A stretch of 64,000 bases of DNA from Candidatus Dormibacterales bacterium. GTDB taxonomy: Bacteria > Chloroflexota > Dormibacteria > Dormibacterales > Dormibacteraceae. Numbering within the stretch: position 1 is the first letter of the stretch; each line of letters opens with the position of its first letter. Both the position numbers and the translations under genes were made by a program. Where the stretch lies: NCBI GenBank assembly GCA_044450465.1, contig JBIOJB010000001.1, forward strand, positions 5,815-69,814. Direction: 5' to 3'. Positions 27,447-36,203 of this stretch are shown here, in pieces. A model generated the notes under the pieces. That model saw only the letters and a program-made list of their open reading frames with translations. It ran no database searches and had not been told where the DNA came from.

Positions 27447-28994
27447 CTACGCCGGATCCTCTGGGGTGGGCGTGATCCGCAGCCGGCGCTGGGGCTCCTT
27501 GCCGGTGCTTCTCGCCGACAGGTCGTTCTCCGCCACCATCTGATGCTGGAGCCTGCGGAGATAGGCGTTCTGCGGCGAGATCTCGACCGGCCGCAGCGTG
27601 GTCTTGACCGTTTTGATCGCCGCTGCGGCTTCGGCCAGGGCCCGCGTCGTCGCCTCGTCGTGTTTGTCGACCCCGTAGATCCGGGTCAGCGCTTCCCGAA
27701 CCTGGGTCACCGAGTTGCTCTTCAAGATGTGGATCGGGAGGCCGCGGCTTTCCGCCTGGCGCAGGCTGTCGGGACGCCGGCGGTAGTGATTCTTCAGGGT
27801 CAGCACCGCGCCGGCGCCGTCGAGGTTGGCCAGCACTCGCACCGGCAGGTCCAGGTCGCGGATGGACTGTTCGACGTGATGCCGGCTCACTCCATACGGG
27901 AAGATGCCGAGCGGCTTGCTGGCCGAGCTCGAATTTGGGGGTGGCTCGGCCGCGAGCACTATCGGCGGGTCCACGTTTGAGATCACCCGGCCCTCGCGAG
28001 TTCGGAGCCGGATCTTCGGGGTGAGCAGCGGACCCCGAAGAGCGGTGTCGACCACGTCGGCCAGCGGCATGTGGATCGCGACCCGGTCCCGATCTTGGAT
28101 CTCCACGAGCACGTCGAAAGTCGGCGGAGCCTTGCGTTCGAGCACGGATTTCTGCGTGCCACGGCGGCGCGCCTCCTCGTCCGAAAGGGTCACGCTCTGA
28201 ATGCCGCCCAGAAGGTCGTTCAAGGTCGGGTTGACGAGCAGGTTCTCGAGCGTCTGCCCGTGGGCCGTCGCGATGAGCTGGACGCCGCGCTCTGCGATGG
28301 TGCGGGCGGCGCCCGCCTCGAGCTCCGTGCCGATCTCGTCGATCACGATCACCTCGGGCATGTGGTTCTCGACCGCTTCGATCATCACCGCGTGCTGGAG
28401 CATCGGGGTGCGCACCTGCATGCGGCGAGCCCGGCCGATGCCCGGGTGCGGAATGTCGCCATCGCCGCCGATCTCGTTCGACGTGTCGACGATGACGACG
28501 CGCTTGCGCAGCTCATCCGCCAGCACGCGTGCACACTCGCGCAGCATCGTCGTCTTGCCGATTCCGGGGCGGCCGAGCAGGAGGATGCTCTGGCCGCTGA
28601 CGACGATGTCCCGGATGATCTCACCAGTCCCGGTGACCGCGCGGCCCACGCGCATGGTGAGGCCTGTAATGCGGCCTGAGCGATTTCTGATGGCCGAAAC
28701 GCGGTGAAGGGTGCGCTCGATGCCGGCCCGGTTGTCGTCGCCGAATTGACCGACGTTGTTGGCGACGTGGTCGAGATCGGAGGCGGAAACCGGGTGATCG
28801 TCGAGCAGAATCTCGCTCCCGGGAACGCGAGCGGCCGGCTCGCGCCCGAGGTCCAGCACGATCTCCAGCAACTCGCCTGGATCGATGCGCTCGTGGAGTG
28901 CCCGCGCCAGGTCGGGCGGCAGCGCGCGGGCCAGCAGCTCGATCTCCTCGTCCCAGCTTGCGGAGCGGCCCGGCTGCGTTGAAGGTTGACTCAT
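27447..28994 (-). CDS. SpoIIIAA/Ycf45-like AAA ATPase with long C-terminal extension
   Basis: Walker A LLGRPGIGKTT and Walker B VIVIDEIG. The N-terminal region resembles SpoIIIAA-type ATPases. The C-terminal ~200 aa could be a nucleic-acid-binding (R3H-like) region, but I cannot confirm that. Confidence 0.6.
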   Translation of the reverse strand: MSQPSTQPGRSASWDEEIELLARALPPDLARALHERIDPGELLEIVLDLGREPAARVPGSEILLDDHPVSASDLDHVANNVGQFGDDNRAGIERTLHRVSAIRNRSGRITGLTMRVGRAVTGTGEIIRDIVVSGQSILLLGRPGIGKTTMLRECARVLADELRKRVVIVDTSNEIGGDGDIPHPGIGRARRMQVRTPMLQHAVMIEAVENHMPEVIVIDEIGTELEAGAARTIAERGVQLIATAHGQTLENLLVNPTLNDLLGGIQSVTLSDEEARRRGTQKSVLERKAPPTFDVLVEIQDRDRVAIHMPLADVVDTALRGPLLTPKIRLRTREGRVISNVDPPIVLAAEPPPNSSSASKPLGIFPYGVSRHHVEQSIRDLDLPVRVLANLDGAGAVLTLKNHYRRRPDSLRQAESRGLPIHILKSNSVTQVREALTRIYGVDKHDEATTRALAEAAAAIKTVKTTLRPVEISPQNAYLRRLQHQMVAENDLSARSTGKEPQRRLRITPTPEDPA

Positions 28995-29959
28995 CCGAAC
29001 GAAGGTACCAGGCCTTTTTCCCTCACTGGAACCCGAAGGGCCAGTTCTTTCACGAGCAGCAGCTGGGTGAGCAGCACGCTGAACCCACGCCCTCGCAGGG
29101 CGTCGATCATGTGCGAATCGTAGTGACGCAGGCTTGACCAGGCCGGGCCCTCGGAATCACCGAGCATGGCGAGGCCGAGGTCCGCGAGCTCGCCGGACAG
29201 CGTTACCTCGGGAATCACCATGAAGTTGAGGGTGTCAGGCTGCGCTCCCGACCGTCTCGCCACCTTGACCCAGCCCTCAATCTCGATCCTGTCCACGACC
29301 TGCTCCTGCTTCTCCGAGCCGCGCGCGGCGAGCCGGCCGCTCCATTCCCCCCCATGCAGGGCCCGCCACTCGCGGTACGTCGGCGCCTCGAGCTGCGACA
29401 CACCCTGCGGAGTGACCTTCCGGTAGAGCTGATAGAGCTTCCGATCATCGCCGCGACGAAATGGACGGACGCCTTCCGGAAACTGATCCGAGGACCTGGC
29501 CGGCTTCTCCGCGTAGACCACGACTTCGGTCGCGTACTGGCGAAAGCCCTGGAGACGGAAGGCCGACAGGAGCGGGTCGCGCTCAGGCAGGCGCACGAAC
29601 AGGCGGTGGACTCCACGCTCCAGGGCCTGGTTGCAGAGGTGGCTGACCAAAGCCGGCACGATCACGTCCGCGTCGGATCCATCGGCCACGTGCAGGTTGA
29701 GCACCTGGAGCACGCGAGCTCGATGCAGGTCGAGGGACGTGGGCTGGCCCGATGCCTGGATGAACCCGGCCACGCGGCCGCCGATCTCTGCGACGTAGAT
29801 GAGCGTCTCCTGCGAAAGTGGCAGCAGGGCGGAGAGCGTGGAGCTCACCAGAGACCACAGCCGCGCCGGAGGCGGAGCTTCACTCCAGCGCTTGTCCGAA
29901 GACTTGTACATCTCTTCGATTCGGGCCAGGTCGAGCAGGCTGGCCGCGCGCAGCTTCAT
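28991..29959 (-). CDS. GNAT-like acetyltransferase (tentative)
   Basis: Weak GNAT-like segments (YVAEIGGRVAGFIQ; ALERGVHRLFVRLPERDPLLSAFRLQGF). Start and stop overlap the neighbouring genes. High third-position GC. Confidence 0.45.
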   Translation of the reverse strand: MKLRAASLLDLARIEEMYKSSDKRWSEAPPPARLWSLVSSTLSALLPLSQETLIYVAEIGGRVAGFIQASGQPTSLDLHRARVLQVLNLHVADGSDADVIVPALVSHLCNQALERGVHRLFVRLPERDPLLSAFRLQGFRQYATEVVVYAEKPARSSDQFPEGVRPFRRGDDRKLYQLYRKVTPQGVSQLEAPTYREWRALHGGEWSGRLAARGSEKQEQVVDRIEIEGWVKVARRSGAQPDTLNFMVIPEVTLSGELADLGLAMLGDSEGPAWSSLRHYDSHMIDALRGRGFSVLLTQLLLVKELALRVPVREKGLVPSFG

Positions 29960-30525
29960 CAGCTCGCCGCCAGCTCGACAAACTGCCGGTGCAGGCGCCG
30001 GTCCCCGCTCAGCTCAGGGTGGAAGCAAAGGGCGATGATGCGCCCCTGGCGCACGGCCACAGCATGCCCGTCGTGAGTCGCGAGGACCTCGACGGCTCCG
30101 GTCGTCTCGACGAGCGGGGCGCGGATGAAGACTCCCGGGAAAGGCCTGCCGTCCAGCCCGCTCACGTCGAGCTCGGTCTCGAAACTGTCCACCTGGCGGC
30201 CGTAGCCGTTACGGCGGACCCCGATGTCAAGCAGGCCGAGTCCACGCTGCTCGGTCATGCCGTCGGAGATGTCTCGCGCGAGCACGATCATTCCCGCGCA
30301 GGTGGCAAGAGTCGCGAGCCCTCCCCTGATCGCATCGCGTAGCGGCTCCAGCAACCCCATCCGCTCCAACAGCATCGTCATCGTGGTGCTTTCGCCGCCG
30401 GGCAGCACGATGCCCTGCAGCCCGTCGAGGTCAGCACGCGAGCGCACGAGGCGAGTTCGCGCCCCGCACGCCTCCAGCGCGCGCACATGTTCGGCGAATG
30501 CGCCCTGCATCGCGAGCACGCCCAC
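29959..30525 (-). CDS. pdxT: Pyridoxal 5'-phosphate synthase glutaminase subunit
   Basis: GVLAMQGAFAEHVRAL...GIVLPGGESTTM...C(A)GMIVLA layout is typical of PdxT. Adjacent to pdxS. Confidence 0.9.
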   Translation of the reverse strand: MGVLAMQGAFAEHVRALEACGARTRLVRSRADLDGLQGIVLPGGESTTMTMLLERMGLLEPLRDAIRGGLATLATCAGMIVLARDISDGMTEQRGLGLLDIGVRRNGYGRQVDSFETELDVSGLDGRPFPGVFIRAPLVETTGAVEVLATHDGHAVAVRQGRIIALCFHPELSGDRRLHRQFVELAAS

Positions 30526-30556
30526 GAGAGGCGCACGGTGCGCCGACCGCGCGGAT

Positions 30557-31474
30557 CTACCAGCCTCTGGCAGCGAGTAGCTCTTCCTTGGGAATGGTGG
30601 GAATCTCGAGCCCGTGCATCGCCTTGCCCAACCCGGCGGAGACTTCGGCCAGGACGTCAGGCTTGTCGTAGTAGGTCGTGGCGGCCACGATCGCCTTGGC
30701 GCGCTTCAGCGGGTCTTCGCTCTTGAAGATGCCCGACCCGACGAAGACTCCGTCCACGCCCAGCTGCATCATCAGCGCAGCGTCCGCCGGGGTGGCAATG
30801 CCACCAGCCGCGAAGTTGACGACCGGCAGCCGGCCCGACTTCTGGCACTGGACGAGAATCTCGACCGGCGCGCCAATGAGCTTTGCTTCGTGGACGAGCT
30901 CCGCGTGGCTCATACCCTGCAGCTTGCGGATGCCGGCGTTCACCGCCCGCGCGTGCCGAACAGCCTCGACGATGTTTCCGGTTCCCGCTTCGCCCTTGGT
31001 TCTGATCATGGCGGCGCCCTCCGCGATCCGGCGCGCAGCCTCACCGAGGTCGCGGCACCCGCACACGAAAGGCACTTTGAACTGGTGCTTGTCGATGTGG
31101 TTGTCCTCGTCCGCGGGAGTGAGCACCTCCGACTCGTCGATGTAGTCGACGCCCAGCTCCTGAAGGATCTGCGCCTCCACAAAGTGGCCGATGCGGCACT
31201 TGGCCATCACCGGGATGGTGACGACCTTCATGATCGACCGGATCAAATCGGGATCCGACATCCGGGCGACACCGCCTTCCTTGCGGATGTCCGCAGGTAC
31301 CCGCTCGAGCGCCATCACGGCGCACGCCCCGGCATCCTGCGCGATGCGGGCGTGCTCCGGCGTGACGACATCCATGATCACCCCGCCCTTGAGCATCTGG
31401 GCGAGCCCCGACTTGACCTTGAAAGACCCTCTTACGGCGGCCTTTCCGTTACGCGATCCGTTGCTTGCGGCCAC
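30557..31474 (-). CDS. pdxS: Pyridoxal 5'-phosphate synthase lyase subunit
   Basis: [40 protein letters not shown] is near-identical to known PdxS. I prefer GTG 31474 (305 aa) over ATG 31549. A TAGAAT hexamer lies 7 nt upstream of that GTG. Confidence 0.9.
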   Translation of the reverse strand: MAASNGSRNGKAAVRGSFKVKSGLAQMLKGGVIMDVVTPEHARIAQDAGACAVMALERVPADIRKEGGVARMSDPDLIRSIMKVVTIPVMAKCRIGHFVEAQILQELGVDYIDESEVLTPADEDNHIDKHQFKVPFVCGCRDLGEAARRIAEGAAMIRTKGEAGTGNIVEAVRHARAVNAGIRKLQGMSHAELVHEAKLIGAPVEILVQCQKSGRLPVVNFAAGGIATPADAALMMQLGVDGVFVGSGIFKSEDPLKRAKAIVAATTYYDKPDVLAEVSAGLGKAMHGLEIPTIPKEELLAARGW

Positions 31475-31481
31475 GGGCGAA

Positions 31482-31487
31482 ATTCTA
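31482..31487 (-). promoter_or_regulatory. Candidate -10 hexamer TAGAAT, 7 nt upstream of pdxS GTG (possible leaderless mRNA)
   Basis: The minus strand reads GCGGCGTAGAATTTCGCCCGTG. It fits TAnnnT with spacing consistent with transcription starting at or near the start codon. Confidence 0.35.
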
Positions 31488-31701
31488 CGCCGCGCATCCG
31501 GTCCCTTTGGCGCGCCAATCCAGCGGTGCCGGCTAGGCCAAGAAGGCACGGGCGGCTCAATCTCCCCGATGCCCGGCCCCCGGACCGGCCTGACTCATGA
31601 GTTTGGTAGCCGAGGTTGCCTTAGGCCGGATTGACTCGGGCAGAAACCCAGGCGTGCCACTGTCCAAACGACTGCGACCAGGTGTTACTCGGTGGGGGCA
31701 C

Positions 31702-31727
31702 CACGGGAGAGGCCTGCCTCCCCCGTG
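31702..31727 (-). terminator. 11-bp GC-rich hairpin immediately after the stop of the 31731..32291 gene
   Basis: The minus strand reads CACGGGGGAGG-CAGG-CCTCTCCCGTG (one G-U pair). There is no U-tract on the minus strand. On the plus strand the same hairpin is followed by CTTTT. Confidence 0.45.
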
Positions 31728-31730
31728 CTT

Positions 31731-32291
31731 TTAGAGCCTTTCCAGGACCAGGGTGCGTTTGGACGCGTATTCGTGGTCGGAGAGCAGGCCGTCGCGATGC
31801 AGTTTCGTGAGCATCTCCATCTCCTCGAGCACGTCCAGCAGCGGTGCCATCGTGCGTCGGGCCAGGTATGCCTCCGAGGCGCCGCCCGCCTCCTCGCCGC
31901 GCGCGTCGAACTCGCGGATGAAGAACAGCGCTTTCACGGCCGAGAACGGAATCCCCAGCTTTCGCACCGGGCTGTCCGAGTGCTCGGCGTGCAGATGCAG
32001 CACGACTCCGTATCGATGCCTTTCCAACGTTCCATCGAGGTGGCCGCGAAGAACCTCACCGTCCAGGAAGCGGATGGCCACTTTTCGCGTCGGCGTTTCC
32101 GACGCAAGATCCGGATCGCGTGGCAACTCAACCCATTTGACCGCGGTCAACGGGATCCAGGCGGTCTCGTTGTTCTCGAGGCCGTCGGTGTCGTCCACCT
32201 CGACCAGGAAGTCGGGTTCGTCGAAATCAAGATCGCGAGCGTTGCCTTCCAGGGTCTCGTCATCGAAGAAGCGGACGACTACTTTGGCCAT
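31731..32291 (-). CDS. Hypothetical protein with C-terminal SHOCT-like motif
   Basis: Two similar N-terminal beta-rich segments (VVRFFDDETLEG / VAIRFLDGEVLRG). C-terminal LLDVLEEMEMLTKLHRDGLLSDHEYASKRTLVLERL resembles SHOCT. Confidence 0.55.
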   Translation of the reverse strand: MAKVVVRFFDDETLEGNARDLDFDEPDFLVEVDDTDGLENNETAWIPLTAVKWVELPRDPDLASETPTRKVAIRFLDGEVLRGHLDGTLERHRYGVVLHLHAEHSDSPVRKLGIPFSAVKALFFIREFDARGEEAGGASEAYLARRTMAPLLDVLEEMEMLTKLHRDGLLSDHEYASKRTLVLERL

Positions 32292-32313
32292 TTCATACCT
32301 ACTCTAATAACCC

Positions 32314-33084
32314 TCATTCACCCACAGTCCTGCGCAGCCGCCGGCGGCCAACTCTCCTCGTGCACTGGATGCAGGCCGCGATGTGCGCGCGCACGGCTTC
32401 GGCCTGCGGTCTCCGCAGCTTCCCGGCGAGATAGGGAGCCAGCAGAGGAACGACCTCATCATGTGTCAGCTCACCCTCGCCCTGCGACGCGATGTACTCC
32501 TCTTTGAAGCGAAGGCGCGCACGGTACAGGAGCGTCTCGACCGCGCTCTCGGACATGTTCAGCGAGCGGGCTATCTGCCGGTAGCTGAGGTCCTGCAACT
32601 CACGAAGGGTGAGCACGAGCCTGTACTTCTCGGGCAGGCGCTGCGAGACCTTCCAGACCTGACGGCGGGTCTCGTTCGATTCCTGAACCGCGACCGGGTC
32701 GAAGCTCGTCGCAGTGGACGGCAGGTTCGCCATCAGCTCGCTCTCTTCTTCTTCCGTCCCACCGTCAGCACGAAGGTCGCGCTGGCGACGGCGGAGCTCG
32801 TCGAAGCAAAGGTTTCGTGCGACGGTATGAACCCAGCCTCCGAAGTTGAAGCTCTCGTCGACGCGATCCATCATGCGCAGCGCTTTCATGAAAGTCTCCT
32901 GCGCGATGTCCTCGGCAAGGAGCGCGTCACCGAGCTTGCGGCGTACCAGCCTGTAGATGGAGGCGACATAGCGGCGGTGCAGCTCTTCGAACGCATGAAT
33001 GTCGCCGTCACGGTAGGCCTTGACCAGCGCGACGTCCGACGGCTCGTCGCCCGACTTGCCCGGTGGTTGACCTTCTAGCGCCAT
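32314..33084 (-). CDS. ECF sigma-70 factor with fused C-terminal zinc anti-sigma (HxxxCxxC) motif
   Basis: Start re-set to ATG 33084 (MALEGQPP...). Sigma-2 (FEELHRRYVASIYRLVRRK) and sigma-4 (LSYRQIARSLNMSESAVETLLYRAR) regions are present. They are followed by H-x25-HIAACIQC. No TM segment. Confidence 0.8.
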   Translation of the reverse strand: MALEGQPPGKSGDEPSDVALVKAYRDGDIHAFEELHRRYVASIYRLVRRKLGDALLAEDIAQETFMKALRMMDRVDESFNFGGWVHTVARNLCFDELRRRQRDLRADGGTEEEESELMANLPSTATSFDPVAVQESNETRRQVWKVSQRLPEKYRLVLTLRELQDLSYRQIARSLNMSESAVETLLYRARLRFKEEYIASQGEGELTHDEVVPLLAPYLAGKLRRPQAEAVRAHIAACIQCTRRVGRRRLRRTVGE

Positions 33085-34202
33085 GGCTGCGAGCGGCAGG
33101 CTACTACGGCGGCACCGAAAAGCATCCGGCTTGAGTGCGCGACGGCGCCTTCGTCCACGCCTCGAGCGGCCCTTTCGGCCACCACAACGGGAACGCCCTG
33201 TCGCACCAGCGCCTCCCATCCAGGGCCGGTGCTGCCGGCAAGCACGACGACCGGGACACCGTGGGCTCGGGCGCGCTTGATCACCTCGCCGGGAGCCTTC
33301 CCGTACATCGTCTGCTCGTCCACCCTCCCCTCTCCGGTGATCGCGAGCTGGGCGCCCTGCAGCTTCTCGTCCAGCCTGGCCGCGTCCGCCACCAGGGGTG
33401 CGCCAGGTCGCAGCTCGGCGTTCAGGAAAGCCACCAATCCGGCCCCGGCCCCGCCGGCGGCGCCTCCGCCAGGTAGGTCCGCAATTCGTCTTCCGAGGTC
33501 CCGCTCGACCACCATGGACAGCCTCACAAGCGCCGCGTCGAGCTCGGCGACCGTTTGCGGATCGGCGCCCTTCTGCGGTCCGTACACGGCACTTGCCCCG
33601 AGCGGCCCGATCAAGGGATTGGTCACGTCGCATGCGACCTTCACCCGAACCGACCTCCAGCCGCTGTCGAGGCCCGAGCAGTCGATTCGCTCGAGCCGCG
33701 CCAGCTCCGCCCCGCCGCGCCCGAGCTCGCGACCTTCGGCGTCGACGAGCCTGCAGCCGAGAGCCTGGGCGAGGCCGGCGCCTCCATCGTTGGTGGCCGA
33801 TCCGCCGATTCCCGCGAGGATCGTCGTGACGCCGCGTTTCCGAGCCGCCTCGAGCAGCTGGCCGAACCCGTATGTGCTCGCCGCCCTCGGGTCCCGCCGG
33901 TGCGGCTGGATCAAGGTCAACCCGCTCGCCGAGGCGAGCTCGACGACCGCGGTGCGCCCGCCGTCGATCAGGCCGTACCTGGCGGAGACCCCGTCGCCCA
34001 GCGGCCCTTCGACCTCCGCGGTCAGGTACTTCCCCTCGGCGCCGACCAGCGCCTCGACCGTCCCGTCACCACCATCCGCGACCGGCACCTCGACGACGTC
34101 GGCGTCGGGGAACACCTCACGAACGCCGCGCGCGATGGCGGCCGCGGCCTGCGACGCCGTGAGCGTGCCCTTGAATGCGTTGGGGGCAACGACGACCTTC
34201 AC
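33075..34202 (-). CDS. Glycerate kinase
   Basis: The N-terminus MKVVVAPNAFKGTLTASQAAAAI and a length of 375 aa are typical of the GarK/GlxK family. Confidence 0.88.
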   Translation of the reverse strand: MKVVVAPNAFKGTLTASQAAAAIARGVREVFPDADVVEVPVADGGDGTVEALVGAEGKYLTAEVEGPLGDGVSARYGLIDGGRTAVVELASASGLTLIQPHRRDPRAASTYGFGQLLEAARKRGVTTILAGIGGSATNDGGAGLAQALGCRLVDAEGRELGRGGAELARLERIDCSGLDSGWRSVRVKVACDVTNPLIGPLGASAVYGPQKGADPQTVAELDAALVRLSMVVERDLGRRIADLPGGGAAGGAGAGLVAFLNAELRPGAPLVADAARLDEKLQGAQLAITGEGRVDEQTMYGKAPGEVIKRARAHGVPVVVLAGSTGPGWEALVRQGVPVVVAERAARGVDEGAVAHSSRMLFGAAVVACRSQPWR

Positions 34203-34229
34203 CGACGAGGACTACGCCCGGTCTGGTGG

Positions 34230-35195
34230 CTAATAGACCGGAACGGTCCAGTCGCGGTGCTTCGGGGTCTCGCCCTTGACGGAGCTGAAATAGATGTTCT
34301 GGAGCTCTTGCGTGAACTCGCCAACCCGGCCGTTTCCGACCGACCTGCGGTCCACCTCGATGACCGGTGAGATCTGCGCCCCGGTGCCGCACAACAGCAG
34401 CTCGTCACACGTGTAGAGCTCGGTTCGGTCGATGGTGCGCTCGACGAGGGGGAGCCCAAGCTCTTCTCTGATGAGCTTGATGAGGAGCGAGCGGGTGACG
34501 CCCTCGAGTATGTCGTCCGTCACGGGAGGAGTCACGAACGCGCCATCTTTGAGCATGAACAGGTTCTCGGCCGAGCCTTCGGACACGTGGCCGTCGACCG
34601 TCAGCACGATCGACTCGTCATAGCCGGCCTCGACCGCCTCCGACTTGGCGAGGGCGGACTGCGCGTACGACCCGGTGATCTTGGCTCGTGCCGGAAGAGA
34701 CTGGTCTGGCACGCGGCGCCATGTGCTGACCATGCAACGGATGCCTGATTCGGTCTCGACGTACTTGCCGAACGGGATCGCATAGATGAAGAAGTTGTAG
34801 TCCAGGTTGTGCAGCCGCACTCCTATTTCTTCGCTCGACATGTAGAGCAGCGGTCGCACGTAAACGTCCGACTTGAACTGATTACGGCGCAGCAGCTCGA
34901 CAGTGAAGCCAACGAGCTCATCGGTGGCGTAGGGAAGGCTCATCCGCATCACATTGGCCGACCGCTTCATGCGCTCGAAGTGAGCGAGCGGCTCGAGCAG
35001 ATAGAGCTGCTCCTGCTTGGAGTTCCAGTAGGCCCGGATGCCCTCGAACACTCCCGTTCCGTAGTGAAGAGCATGGGTCATCAGACCCAGCTTCACGTCG
35101 TTGTATCGCGCGAACTCTCCGTCGAAAAACACCCACGTGTTGGGATGCGGCTCGCTCTTCCTGGACCTTGTTTTTGGTTTGGTTTCCACTCCCAT
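34230..35195 (-). CDS. ilvE: Branched-chain amino acid aminotransferase
   Basis: Class IV aminotransferase pattern (GVFEGIRAY, catalytic-Lys region). 321 aa. Confidence 0.88.
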   Translation of the reverse strand: MGVETKPKTRSRKSEPHPNTWVFFDGEFARYNDVKLGLMTHALHYGTGVFEGIRAYWNSKQEQLYLLEPLAHFERMKRSANVMRMSLPYATDELVGFTVELLRRNQFKSDVYVRPLLYMSSEEIGVRLHNLDYNFFIYAIPFGKYVETESGIRCMVSTWRRVPDQSLPARAKITGSYAQSALAKSEAVEAGYDESIVLTVDGHVSEGSAENLFMLKDGAFVTPPVTDDILEGVTRSLLIKLIREELGLPLVERTIDRTELYTCDELLLCGTGAQISPVIEVDRRSVGNGRVGEFTQELQNIYFSSVKGETPKHRDWTVPVY

Positions 35196-35262
35196 TGCGA
35201 TCTAAGTGTAGGCGCTGACCGGGCACCCACCCACATGGCGCGGCCCCCATCTGTTATGAATC

Positions 35263-35643
35263 GTGGCTGTGAGCGTTTACGGCATCATCGCTGACCTCCG
35301 GCGAGAGCACACGAGCCCAGCCGCCGGCCAGACTCTCGACCTGGTCGTGACCGAGCTGGGTCGCACCCGGGACAACGTCAAACAGGCCGTGGCCGCCCTA
35401 GCCGCCGGCAGCCTACCGCCTGGCGGCAGACAGGTGCTTGACGAGCTCGCCGAGCGGGCGCGCAAGGATGGGCTTTACGACCTCGACTTCGGCCCCGACC
35501 CTTACGACGTCCCTCAGGCGGAGCCGCTCGATACCGGGACGGCGGGCATCGGCGCGCTGCTCGCGCTGACCTCGCTCGTGGGCGTGGCGCTGGCGGTCGT
35601 GGCCGTGATCGCGGGCCTCAACTCGATCCTCCACTTCGCCTGA
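35263..35643 (+). CDS. Hypothetical protein with C-terminal TM anchor
   Basis: Soluble N-terminal ~95 aa, then GIGALLALTSLVGVALAVVAVIAGL. The stop overlaps the yajQ start (TGATG). Confidence 0.5.
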   Translation: MAVSVYGIIADLRREHTSPAAGQTLDLVVTELGRTRDNVKQAVAALAAGSLPPGGRQVLDELAERARKDGLYDLDFGPDPYDVPQAEPLDTGTAGIGALLALTSLVGVALAVVAVIAGLNSILHFA

Positions 35644-36134
35644 TGGCCGAGTCGTCGTTCGATGTCGTCTCCGAGTTCGACGCTGCGGAGCTGACGAACA
35701 CCATCGACCAGGCGCGCCGCGAGGTGGCCACCCGGTTCGACTTCAAGGACACGCAGACGGCCTTCGACCGCCAGGAAGAGATCATCGTCATCGAGTCGGC
35801 CAGCGAAGAGCGCGCAAAGGCCGCGCTCCAGGTATTTCGGGAGAAGGCGGCCCGCCGGCAACTATCACCGAAGCTCTTCAAAGCCAAGGACCCTCAAACC
35901 GTGGGCAAAGGGCGGGGCCGGATCGAGGTACAGCTGAACGCCGGGATATCAGATGAGCTGGCGAGAGAACTACGCAAGCGGATAGTGGCCGTGTCAGCCA
36001 AGGTGCAAGTGCGTATTCAGGGCGACCAGCTGAGGGTCGTGGGCAAGGACAAAGACACGCTTCAGCTCGTCATCAAGGCGCTGCGCGAAGCCGAGGACAT
36101 CCCGGTACCGCTTCAATTCACGAACTACCGATAG
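35643..36134 (+). CDS. yajQ: YajQ-family nucleotide (c-di-GMP)-binding protein, UPF0234
   Basis: MAESSFDVVSEFDAAELTNTIDQARREVATRFDFKD and a length of 163 aa match the YajQ family. Confidence 0.88.
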   Translation: MAESSFDVVSEFDAAELTNTIDQARREVATRFDFKDTQTAFDRQEEIIVIESASEERAKAALQVFREKAARRQLSPKLFKAKDPQTVGKGRGRIEVQLNAGISDELARELRKRIVAVSAKVQVRIQGDQLRVVGKDKDTLQLVIKALREAEDIPVPLQFTNYR

Positions 36135-36203
36135 GGTTGGAACCAGTCTGCCTGCAGCCATGAGCAGACGTTCCGCGCAGAGCAGTAACCAGGTCTGACC
36201 GAG

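Noticed and set aside
31550-31700. Possible SRP RNA, 6S RNA or other named ncRNA in the pdxS upstream spacer (GUCAGGCCGGUCCGG is vaguely like SRP domain IV).
   Set aside because: The GGAAGGAAGCAG-type SRP motif is absent, and I could not draw a 6S-like long helix with a central bubble by eye. It is kept only as an unexplained spacer.
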